From Eledone cirrhosa (Eukaryota): DNA of 64,000 bases. Below are positions 15,201-26,300 of this stretch, piece by piece (within the stretch, counting starts at the first letter, position 1; every line of letters begins with the position of its first letter). The notes under the pieces are model-generated. The model was given only the letters and a program-made list of their open reading frames with translations. It was not told the DNA's origin and searched no databases. The stretch spans positions 72,168,001 to 72,232,000 of the forward strand of contig OZ024740.1 of assembly GCA_964016885.1 (NCBI GenBank), written 5' to 3'. Position numbers and translations under genes: made by a program.

Positions 15201-17548
15201 ACAGACACGACCTTGATTCTATCTATTAAATACTATAGACACTACCTTGATTCTATCTATTAAATACTATAGACACTACCTTGATTCTATCTATTAAATA
15301 CTACAGACCCTACCTTGATTCTATCTATTAAATACTATAGACACTACCTTGATTCTATCTATTAAATACTATAGACACTACCTTGATTCTATCTATTAAA
15401 TACTATAGACACTACCTTGATTCTATCTATTAAATACTATAGACACTACCTTGATTCTATCTATTAAATACTACAGATACTACCTTGATTCTATCTATTA
15501 AATACTACAGACACGACCTTGATTCTATCTATTAAATACTATAGACACTACCTTGATTCTATCTATTAAATACTACAGGCACTACCTGATTCTATCTATT
15601 AAATACTACAGACACTACCTTGATTCTATCTATTAAATACTATAGACACTACCTTGATTCTATCTATTAAATACTATAGACACTACTTTGATTCTATCTA
15701 TTAAATACTACAGACACTACCCTGATTCTATCTATTAAATACTATAGACACTACCCTGATTCTATCTATTAAATACTATAGACACTACCTTGATTCTATC
15801 TATTAAATACTACAGACACTACCTTGATTCTATCTATTAAATACTATAGACACTACCTTGATTCTATCTATTAAATACTATAGACACTACCTTGATTCTA
15901 TCTATTAAATACTATAGACACTACCCTGATTCTATCTATTAAATACTATAGACACTACCTTGATTCTATCTATTAAATACTATAGACACTACCCTGATTC
16001 TATCTATTAAATACTATAGACACTACCTTGATTCTATCTATTAAATACTATAGACACTACCTTGATTCTATCTATTAAATACTATAGACACTACCTTGAT
16101 TCTATCTATTAAATACTATAGACACTACCCTGATTCTATCTATTAAATACTACAGACACTACCTTGATTCTATCTATTAAATACTATAGACACTACCCTG
16201 ATTCTATCTATTAAATACAATAGACACTACCTTGATTCTATCTATTAAATACTATAGACACTACCCTGATTCTATCTATTAAATACTATAGACACTACCT
16301 TGATTCTATCTATTAAATACTATAGACACTACCCTGATTCTATCTATTAAATACTATAGACACTACCTTGATTCTATCTATTAAATACTATAGACACTAC
16401 CTTGATTCTATCTATTAAATACTATAGACTACCTTGATTCTATCTATTAAATACTATAGACACTACCCTGATTCTATCTATTAAATACTACAGACACTAC
16501 CTTGATTCTATCTATTAAATACTATAGACACTACCCTGATTCTATCTATTAAATACAATAGACACTACCTTGATTCTATCTATTAAATACAATAGACACT
16601 ACCTTGATTCTATCTATTAAATACTACAGACACTACCTTGATTCTATCTATTAAATACTATAGACACTACCTTGATTCTATCTATTAAATACTACAGACA
16701 CTACCTTGATTCTATCTATTAAATACTATAGACACTACCTTGATTCTATCTATTAAATACTATAGACACTACCTTGATTCTATCTATTAAATACAATAGA
16801 CACTACCTTGATTCTATCTATTAAATACTATAGACACTACCTTGATTCTATCTATTAAATACTATAGACACTACCTTGATTCTATCTATTAAATACAATA
16901 GACACTACCCTGATTCTATCTATTAAATACTATAGACACTACCTTGATTCTATCTATTAAATACTATAGACACTACCTTGATTCTATCTATTAAATACTA
17001 TAGACACTACCCTGATTCTATCTATTAAATACTATAGACACTACCTTGATTCTATCTATTAAATACTATAGACACTACCTTGATTCTATCTATTAAATAC
17101 TATAGACACTACCTTGATTCTATCTATTAAATACTACAGACACTACCTTGATTCTATCTATTAAATACTATAGACACTACCCTGATTCTATCTATTAAAT
17201 ACAATAGACACTACCTTGATTCTATCTATTAAATACTATAGACACTACCCTGATTCTATCTATTAAATACTATAGACACTACCTTGATTCTATCTATTAA
17301 ATACTATAGACACTACCTTGATTCTATCTATTAAATACTACAGACACTACCTTGATTCTATCTATTAAATACTATAGACACTACCTTGATTCTATCTATT
17401 AAATACTATAGACACTACCCTGATTCTATCTATTAAATACAATAGACACTACCTTGATTCTATCTATTAAATACTATAGACACTACCCTGATTCTATCTA
17501 TTAAATACTATAGACACTACCTTGATTCTATCTATTAAATACTATAGA
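6227..17548. repeat. 34-bp minisatellite, block 1 (~330 units)
   Basis: Head-to-tail GATTCTATCTATTAAATACTATAGACACTACCTT with a small set of recurring variants. Confidence 0.99.
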
Positions 17549-17990
17549 TAATCTAGCTGTCGTCTGTTCTACAGTGTGGATGTCATTCACTTCGCACAGA
17601 AGTTTTGTTCAAATTTATTGAGGAAATTTTGTGAGTTCAAACTTAATTTTGATACAATTGTGTAGCTTGACCCTCCGTCTGAACTGTCAGGCGGTGGGTC
17701 AGCTCATCTCTACCCCTCCTAGAGGTGAAAAACCTGTTTAAAAAATTTTGTGTAAAAAATTTCAATCGTCTAACAGAAATGTTAAACGCAGCGAATGAAA
17801 ATAGTGGTGGGGGGACAGCGGTAAGAGTTGTAAGCTCGCACGCTTTAGTCCTCCCTTCCATCCCAACTAACGTCATAGAGAAGGAAGGAAAAATTAAAAT
17901 AAAAACGGACGAATCTGCGGAGAAAAAATTAAATGACGAAAACATAAATCTGGACTTGGATTCCAACAACGAAAAAAAAAATTTGAAAAA

Positions 17991-19679
17991 TTGCATGACA
18001 ATACTAATAACACAAACAAAGACACAACAAATAAAAAAATAACAGTTGAAAATAACACCATATCAGAAAACAAAGCAGACGACAAGATTTCGTTTGCACA
18101 GAAAACAAAGAAATCTTTGACTTATATAGCGGAAAACATTTCAGATGTGGTACGAAGGATCACGGACGCCAAACAATACATAAGTGAAGGTGAGAATGGT
18201 ATTTTATCGGTAAAAATGCCTCAAGAATTCACGAAAGACATTGAAAGCCGAACGGTCAAGTTTTGGACCATCAACAACAGTACAAAAAAACCTGAACAAC
18301 CTTCTCAAGCAGATATCAAAACAGTACTCACAGAAGTACTGAATGAAACAACTTTCATAAGAAAAGACAGACTGTATGGAAGCCTAGCAATTATCATGAA
18401 GAACGAATCGGCGGCAAAAAAATGTGCTTTGTCACCGATTCGTTCGAAAAATTTCACCTTTTATCCATCTTATATGGGGAAAAGAACTCAACGCATATGG
18501 CTGGATGCAATGATGCCAGATGTGGACTACTGCTGGCTCATAGCTGGCTTCATCGATCCAGTGAATGACAACGTGATTTCCATTGGGAAAACCACAAGCA
18601 ATGCGTTCAGTGGAACAGGTATAGAGCTGGTAGTACAAATGAAGCCTGAACGCATCGCCCAAATACCCGACAGAATCCTATTAGAGGACCACGGGTATAT
18701 AAACATTAGCGTGGAGGGGAGAAGGCCTTCCTGCCATATCTGTGCAGGCAGAGGGCACCTGAAGGCCGCTTGTCCCCAACTCAACAAAAAGAAAACCCTG
18801 CTACCAACACCAGCTCCACCACCACCACCACAACAGATAAACAAACAACAAAACTCAGTCCCACCCAACCCGTCCCTCAGTAAAACCACAACACCACCAC
18901 AACACAAACAGTCACAACACATTACCCCAAAACAAAATACAGGCCCACCCAACCTCTCACTCAATAAAACAACACAACCACCGCAGACACAACACACAAC
19001 ACAGTCTAACATAGTGACATCCATCTCCCCCACAAAGAAAACCAACACGGAAACATTACCAGCAAACATACCTCTTCCCTCCAACACTGAAGATAACCCA
19101 ACGAATTCAGAGGAAGAAACGGAGTCCTTCAGACAGATTAAAAGGAAAAAAAGAAAACATGTGCAAAACACACAAGGACAAACAACCCCCACCCAAATCG
19201 CAACGCAATCCAACAAAACAGAAAACACCCCTCCAGCAACAAACAAAACCAAACCTGCCCCTCCCCTCTTCGAAACACTCACACCATCGGAAAAAAAGAC
19301 ATTACACTATACTTACATCAACAGAAACAATAATAAATTAAATGAACTCATATACAATAATCCTTCGGTACAAACCGAAGGTGTAAACTTTGTTTCGTCA
19401 GAAAACCACCCACATTTAAAACTAATAAAAATCCCAATGAACCTCTACCAAAAACTAAAAAAGGATTTTAAGGAGGACGTAGGACCACCCTCTGTCAAAC
19501 CCATAAACCGCGTCCTACTAAAAAGCTTTCCCCCTCCCCTTCCCCTCCCCAACACAACTCCAAACACCCCAACCCCACCACACACTGACGACCCCACACC
19601 ACCACAAGACACCCCTTCACCCAACACCCCCGACCCCATGGAAGTCGTGCAACCCGAACCCCGGGAAGCGGAAAGGTAG
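17991..19679 (+). CDS. Retrotransposon ORF1 (gag-like nucleic-acid-binding protein), main frame; true start probably ATG 17779 in another frame
   Basis: Zinc knuckle CHICAGRGHLKAAC (CX2CX4HX4C), Pro/Thr/Gln-rich region, basic KRKKRK stretch; the ORF-track start at 17991 is TTG. Confidence 0.9.
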   Translation: MHDNTNNTNKDTTNKKITVENNTISENKADDKISFAQKTKKSLTYIAENISDVVRRITDAKQYISEGENGILSVKMPQEFTKDIESRTVKFWTINNSTKKPEQPSQADIKTVLTEVLNETTFIRKDRLYGSLAIIMKNESAAKKCALSPIRSKNFTFYPSYMGKRTQRIWLDAMMPDVDYCWLIAGFIDPVNDNVISIGKTTSNAFSGTGIELVVQMKPERIAQIPDRILLEDHGYINISVEGRRPSCHICAGRGHLKAACPQLNKKKTLLPTPAPPPPPQQINKQQNSVPPNPSLSKTTTPPQHKQSQHITPKQNTGPPNLSLNKTTQPPQTQHTTQSNIVTSISPTKKTNTETLPANIPLPSNTEDNPTNSEEETESFRQIKRKKRKHVQNTQGQTTPTQIATQSNKTENTPPATNKTKPAPPLFETLTPSEKKTLHYTYINRNNNKLNELIYNNPSVQTEGVNFVSSENHPHLKLIKIPMNLYQKLKKDFKEDVGPPSVKPINRVLLKSFPPPLPLPNTTPNTPTPPHTDDPTPPQDTPSPNTPDPMEVVQPEPREAER

Positions 19680-19712
19680 GTCTCTACACTCTCCTTTGGC
19701 TCTGCCGCCCAC

Positions 19713-22700
19713 ATGGATGTGTTAAGAGTAGGATGTTTGAATGCACGTGGCCTGGGCTCAACTTGGAAGCAAGCAAAGCTTCTAAATGACCTCAGGTCAT
19801 GTAGTATAAATGTAATGGTTATCTGTGAGACTCGAATCAGCGTCGTGCGGCAGCTGGCCCCCACCTTCGATGACTTTGAGGTGCATGCATCTCTCTGTCA
19901 ACCTGGAGGTGGGGTTGTACTGCTGCAAAAACACCTGGGTCTTGCCGTACAGGTTGTGCACTCGGACCCGGAGGGTCGTTTGTTGGTGCTAGACGTTGGC
20001 AGTAGTGAAAGTGCGGCCTTGAGACTGGTCGCCGTCTACTCCCCTTTCGGAGCTGAACGGCCCGACTTCTTCCAGCGTTTGGAGACTTTTCTGGGAACGT
20101 CGCGTTCCCTGCTTCTAGCGGGGGATTGGAATGACATCCTGGATGCACGTTGGGACTATGCAGGAGCATGTCCTAATAGAGGGGGGTGTAACAGCCTCAA
20201 GGGGTTACTCGACTGTTTTAACTTGGTCGATAGATATCGACTAGATTTTCCAACTGTGCCTACCTGGACTTGGAGAAACCACAGTGGTCAATCTAGATCG
20301 TACTTAGATAGATTCTTAGTTAGAAGTAAGGATAGGGACATATTAAGCTGTCCAGAAATGCGCACGGTTGGCTACACGGATCACAAATTAGTGACCTGCG
20401 TGGTCAATCTCGAGAAAACACATAGACAGGGTCCCGGTTACTGGAAACTTAATTTGTCTTTACCGGCAAAAGAGACTTACAGAAACCGGATTAGCAGATT
20501 AGTTAAGGAGAGGTTGACGGGTGCAATCGTCAACAACCGATGGTGGGCATCTCTCAAAAGAGAGATTAGAACAGAATCAATAAGTTATAGCAAGATGTTA
20601 GCTGCCGATAGGAATAGAAACGAGAAAGAATTAACAGGTAAATTAGAAGAGGCAATCAAGAGCGAAGATGTGGCCAGAGTGCTGGCATCGAGGACGGCCT
20701 TGAACCAGTTTTTCGATGCAAAGCACGAAGGCTGCGTCATTCGAAGTAAAATACGTGCTCTAGGTAATGAGGGGGCCAAAGCCGTTGGATGGGCCCGCGT
20801 GACAGAAGCTAAGAGTGGAAATCGATCCACCATCCGGTCGTTGCAAGACGAAGATGGACGAGTGATCCGGGAGCCTAAGCAGATGTGCGAGGCCTTTCAA
20901 AAGCACTTTGCCCGATTGTTCGGGGGAGGCGAGGGTCCGGGCCGGGGCGTGGATTTCGGTCCATACCTCGACGGCCTGCCGCGTCTCTCGAACGAAGAGG
21001 CAGAGGGACCAATCTCGGCTGATGAGATCGGAAATGCGCTGAGCCAATGCAGCAGATGCAAATCTCCAGGTCTCGATGGTATACCTTACGAACTTTATTT
21101 AGCAATGCCGGTCTTCTTCTCCGAACTCCTCGAAGCGGTCTACTGCAATTGGCAGCAGAACGGGAGAATTCCTTGTTCTGTAGCCAAGGGCGTAGTCACG
21201 CTGGTGAGGAAGGACGAGAACAAGGGGGATAGTATAAATAATTTTCGGCCCATAACCCTGCTTAACACAGAGTTAAAGATTTTGGCCAAGGTGCTAGCAA
21301 AGAGGTTGGCGCTTGTCGTGGGTGGCCTGGTGGGAGATGCGCAGACATGTGCTATCCCATCCAGGTCCATTCACGATAACCTCCACCTCATGCGATACAT
21401 CATAGAGAGGGTTGGCAACAAACCCGGCTTCGGTGGGGCCCTGATCAACTTGGATCAGTCTAAGGCCTTCGATAGGGTCGACCATGGTTACCTGGATGCG
21501 GTGCTAGCGGCGGCTGGGTTCGGTCCTGTTTTCAGAGGCTGGATCACTGCCCTACATAGCAACCACATCTGTTCTAGGATCAAGGTGAACGGCTACCTTT
21601 CGAAGCCGTTCGAAATCACACGATCCATTCGACAGGGGTGCCCTCTCTTCTCCCTTCTGTACGTATTGACTCTCGAGCCTTTACTGAGGAAGTTGGAGTT
21701 GTTGCAGGGTATCCCCCTGAAACCAGGATTGAGCAAAGCGGTGTCGGCCTACGCCGATGACGTAACAGTAATGGTATCAACCGACTCGGAGATCGAGGCG
21801 ATCGGTACCTTACTGGAGGAGTACGAAAGGTTGTCAGGAGCGAAACTGAACCGGGAAAAATCCATCGGGCTGCAACTCGGAACGTGGAGAGGCAAACCGA
21901 TGCCTCCTGACGGTGTCGTCGGACACTGGACAGAGGGCCCGGTAAAGTTGCTTGGGGTCTGGTTTGGACCGGACCTCCAGGTGGAAAAGAACTGGAACGA
22001 GGTTACGAACAAGGTGTTTGCACTAACCCAGAAATGGGCCAAGTGTAAGCTGTCCCTAAAAGGCCGGGCGGAGGTGGCGAACATTTACATAGCGTCCGTC
22101 ACTTACTACCGCCTGACTGTCGTGCCTTGCCCTAAGGAAACACTCACCACCATGGAACGCATGCTCTTCCAATTTCTTTGGAAGAAGCGTCCTCCTATGG
22201 TGAGAAGATCCATCTGCTGCCAACAACCTTCGAAAGGAGGACTGGGGATGCCGTGGTTGATGATGCGTAGGCACGCATTAAGGCTACGGCACCTACAGGT
22301 ATTCCTCACTGGTCAACCGGTGTGGGCTCCGTTCGTGAAACGAGCCTTTCCGAGACTCGTCTCACTCACCGAGCTACAGTCCTGGGTCAAGCAAAGATCC
22401 GGAAAACTGGGAGACTGGCACACTGAGTGTGCTCAGGCGCTCAGGGCTCTCTGGCAAGCGGGCCAGGCCATCGGTGGAGAATCCACCTCATCATTCTATA
22501 GAGGGCTGGTGGCTAGCAGGGGCGATGACACCCTTGGAGAGTCGCTGGACATGGAAGAAGACGAACTGGCCAGCCTGTTCGGTAGGACTTTCGGCCCTGG
22601 ACCAATGGACAACTTCCAGAAGTCACTGGCCTGGCAGTGCTACCGAGGGGCTCTACCCGTTCGAGAGAGGCTCTACAGACACGGGCGCCCGGGCAGGGAT

Positions 22701-23132
22701 CCCTCAAAAAAGATTTGCCCTAGATGCGTGCGTCACGAAGAAACCGTAGCGCACGCATTGGTGCAATGTCCGGGCGTGGCTGATCTGTGGGGCTACGCCG
22801 AACAACTGTTGTCGCGGGTGGCGCCGATTAAATTGACCGCCGAGTCCGTGATGACAATCAAACCGCCTCCCCTCTTCACAAAGGAAGCAAAGGCGGTTTT
22901 TCTGTGCGTAATAGCCATGTTGAAAGAGGTTGTTTGGTGGACACGATTGAAAGGTCTGAGGTCAGGCAACTTCCTCTCTGGCCATAGTCTGGTCTACTTC
23001 TTCCGATATCACTTCGGAAGAAGGATAAGAATGGAGAGAGAGGTGCTTGGCCACAGGCAGTTTTATGAAAGGTGGGTGATAGTGGCGAGAATGGCTCGTG
23101 TAAATGGGCCTTCTCTGTATACCATCCTGTAG
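19713..23132 (+). CDS. Retrotransposon ORF2: apurinic-like endonuclease + reverse transcriptase + C-terminal zinc finger, 1139 aa
   Basis: APE motifs (LNARGL, ET, GDWN, LDR, TDH), GPGYWKLN linker typical of L1/Tx1, RT motifs (KSPGLDG, FRPITLLN, DQSKAFDRV, RQGCPL, YADD, LLGV), KGGLG, CPRC...ETVAHALVQC. Confidence 0.97.
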   Translation: MDVLRVGCLNARGLGSTWKQAKLLNDLRSCSINVMVICETRISVVRQLAPTFDDFEVHASLCQPGGGVVLLQKHLGLAVQVVHSDPEGRLLVLDVGSSESAALRLVAVYSPFGAERPDFFQRLETFLGTSRSLLLAGDWNDILDARWDYAGACPNRGGCNSLKGLLDCFNLVDRYRLDFPTVPTWTWRNHSGQSRSYLDRFLVRSKDRDILSCPEMRTVGYTDHKLVTCVVNLEKTHRQGPGYWKLNLSLPAKETYRNRISRLVKERLTGAIVNNRWWASLKREIRTESISYSKMLAADRNRNEKELTGKLEEAIKSEDVARVLASRTALNQFFDAKHEGCVIRSKIRALGNEGAKAVGWARVTEAKSGNRSTIRSLQDEDGRVIREPKQMCEAFQKHFARLFGGGEGPGRGVDFGPYLDGLPRLSNEEAEGPISADEIGNALSQCSRCKSPGLDGIPYELYLAMPVFFSELLEAVYCNWQQNGRIPCSVAKGVVTLVRKDENKGDSINNFRPITLLNTELKILAKVLAKRLALVVGGLVGDAQTCAIPSRSIHDNLHLMRYIIERVGNKPGFGGALINLDQSKAFDRVDHGYLDAVLAAAGFGPVFRGWITALHSNHICSRIKVNGYLSKPFEITRSIRQGCPLFSLLYVLTLEPLLRKLELLQGIPLKPGLSKAVSAYADDVTVMVSTDSEIEAIGTLLEEYERLSGAKLNREKSIGLQLGTWRGKPMPPDGVVGHWTEGPVKLLGVWFGPDLQVEKNWNEVTNKVFALTQKWAKCKLSLKGRAEVANIYIASVTYYRLTVVPCPKETLTTMERMLFQFLWKKRPPMVRRSICCQQPSKGGLGMPWLMMRRHALRLRHLQVFLTGQPVWAPFVKRAFPRLVSLTELQSWVKQRSGKLGDWHTECAQALRALWQAGQAIGGESTSSFYRGLVASRGDDTLGESLDMEEDELASLFGRTFGPGPMDNFQKSLAWQCYRGALPVRERLYRHGRPGRDPSKKICPRCVRHEETVAHALVQCPGVADLWGYAEQLLSRVAPIKLTAESVMTIKPPPLFTKEAKAVFLCVIAMLKEVVWWTRLKGLRSGNFLSGHSLVYFFRYHFGRRIRMEREVLGHRQFYERWVIVARMARVNGPSLYTIL

Positions 23133-23347
23133 GTAAAGAAGTAAAGGAGAGGGGAGCACCTTCTCCATGTGCTCCCCGGGCAAAGGATTGCACACTTTTT
23201 CGGGGGTGTGTGCAACCCCCATCACATCCCCTCCCTTTTGAGGTTATTTTCGATTATTTTCATGTTACACCCTTTTTACTCGATTATATGTAAACTCCCC
23301 CTTTGTATTTGTCCCTTCTTTTTATGCCTTTATGGTAAATAAAGAAA

Positions 23348-26300
23348 TCTATCTATTAAATACTATAGACACTACCCTGATTCTATCTATTAAATACTAC
23401 AAACACTACCTTGATTCTATCTATTAAATACTATAGACACTACCTTGATTCTATCTATTAAATACTATAGACACTACCTTGATTCTATCTATTAAATACT
23501 ACAGACACTACCTTGATTCTATCTATTAAATACTATAGACACCACCCTGATTCTATCTATTAAATACGATAGACACTACCTTGATTCTATCTATTAAATA
23601 CTATAGACACTACCTTGATTCTATCTATTAAATACTACAGACCCTACCTTGATTCTATCTATTAAATACTATAGACACTACCTTGATTCTATCTATTAAA
23701 TACTACAGACACGACCTTGATTCTATCTATTAAATACTACAGACCCTACCTTGATTCTATCTATTAAATACTACAGGCACTACCTGATTCTATCTATTAA
23801 ATACTACAGACACTACCTTGATTCTATCTATTAAATACTATAGACACTACCTGGATTCTATCTATTAAATACTATAGACTCTACTTTGATTCTATCTATT
23901 AAATACTACAGACACTACCCTGATTCTATCTATTAAATACTATAGACACTACCCTGATTCTATCTATTAAATACTATAGACACTACCTTGATTCTATCTA
24001 TTAAATACTACAGACACTACCTTGATTCTATCTATTAAATACTATAGACACTACCTTGATTCTATCTATTAAATACTATAGACACTACCTTGATTCTATC
24101 TATTAAATACTATAGACACTACCTTGATTCTATCTATTAAATACTATAGACACTACCCTGATTCTATCTATTAAATACTATAGACACTACCTTGATTCTA
24201 TCTATTAAATACTATAGACACTACCCTGATTCTATCTATTAAATACTATAGACACTACCTTGATTCTATCTATTAGATACTATAGACACTACCTTGATTC
24301 TATCTATTAAATACTATAGACACTACCTTGATTCTATCTATTAAATACTATAGACACTACCCTGATTCTATCTATTAAATACTACAGACACTACCTTGAT
24401 TCTATCTATTAAATACTATAGACACTACCCTGATTCTATCTATTAAATACAATAGATACTACCTTGATTCTATCTATTAAATACTATAGACACTACCCTG
24501 ATTCTATCTATTAAATACTATAGACACTACCTTGATTCTATCTATTAAATACTATAGACACTACCCTGATTCTATCTATTAAATACTATAGACACTACCT
24601 TGATTCTATCTATTAAATACTATAGACACTACCTTGATTCTATCTATTAAATACTATAGACACTACCTTGATTCTATCTATTAAATACTATAGACACTAC
24701 CTTGATTCTATCTATTAAATACTATAGACTACCTTGATTCTATCTATTAAATACTATAGACACTACCCTGATTCTATCTATTAAATACTACAGACACTAC
24801 CTTGATTCTATCTATTAAATACTATAGACACTACCTTGATTCTATCTATTAAATACAATAGACACTACCCTGATTCTATCTATTAAATACAATAGACACT
24901 ACCTTGATTCTATCTATTAAATACAATAGACACTACCTTGATTCTATCTATTAAATACTATAGACACTACCTTGATTCTATCTATTAAATACTATAGACA
25001 CTACCTTGATTCTATCTATTAAATACTATAGACACTACCTTGATTCTATCTATTAAATACTATAGACACTACCTTGATTCTATCTATTAAATACTACAGA
25101 CACTACCTTGATTCTATCTATTAAATACTATAGACACTACCCTGATTCTATCTATTAAATACTACAGACACTACCTTGATTCTATCTATTAAATACTATA
25201 GACACTACCCTGATTCTATCTATTAAATACAATAGACACTACCTTGATTCTATCTATTAAATACTACAGACCCTACCTTGATTCTATCTATTAAATACTA
25301 CAGGCACTACCTGATTCTATCTATTAAATACTACAGACACTACCTTGATTCTATCTATTAAATACTATAGACACTACCTTGATTCTATCTATTAAATACT
25401 ATAGACACTACTTTGATTCTATCTATTAAATACTACAGACACTACCCTGATTCTATCTATTAAATACTACAGACACTACCTTGATTCTATCTATTAAATA
25501 CTATAGACATTACTTTGATTCTATCTATTAAATACTATAGACACTACCCTGATTCTATCTATTAAATACAATAGACACTACCTTGATTCTATCTATTAAA
25601 TACTATAGACACTACCCTGATTCTATCTATTAAATACTATAGACACTACCTTGATTCTATCTATTAAATACTATAGACACTACCCTGATTCTATCTATTA
25701 AATACTATAGACACTACCTTGATTCTATCTATTAAATACTATAGACACTACCTTGATTCTATCTATTAAATACTATAGACACTACCTTGATTCTATCTAT
25801 TAAATACTATAGACACTACCCTGATTCTATCTATTAAATACTATAGACACTACCTTGATTCTATCTATTAAATACTATAGACACTACCTTGATTCTATCT
25901 ATTAAATACTATAGACACTACCTTGATTCTATCTATTAAATACTATAGACACTACCCTGATTCTATCTATTAAATACTACAGACACTACCTTGATTCTAT
26001 CTATTAAATACTATAGACACTACCCTGATTCTATCTATTAAATACAATAGACACTACCTTGATTCTATCTATTAAATACTATAGACACTACCCTGATTCT
26101 ATCTATTAAATACTATAGACACTACCTTGATTCTATCTATTAAATACTATAGACACTACCCTGATTCTATCTATTAAATACTATAGACACTACCTTGATT
26201 CTATCTATTAAATACTATAGACTACCTTGATTCTATCTATTAAATACTACAGACACTACCTTGATTCTATCTATTAAATACTATAGACACTACCCTGATT

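Larger units (their letters stand above)
17549..23347 (+). mobile_element. Apparently full-length Tx1-clade non-LTR retrotransposon, copy 1 (5799 bp)
   Basis: 5'UTR, CCHC ORF1, APE-RT-zinc finger ORF2, 3'UTR ending AATAAAGAAA; flanked by TCTATCTATTAAATACTATAGA at 17527-17548 and 23348-23369. Confidence 0.95.

Noticed and set aside
17643-23293. Antisense and alternative-frame ORFs within the Tx1 element (and copy 2)
   Set aside because: No recognisable motifs; explained as shadows of coding sequence and A/C strand skew.
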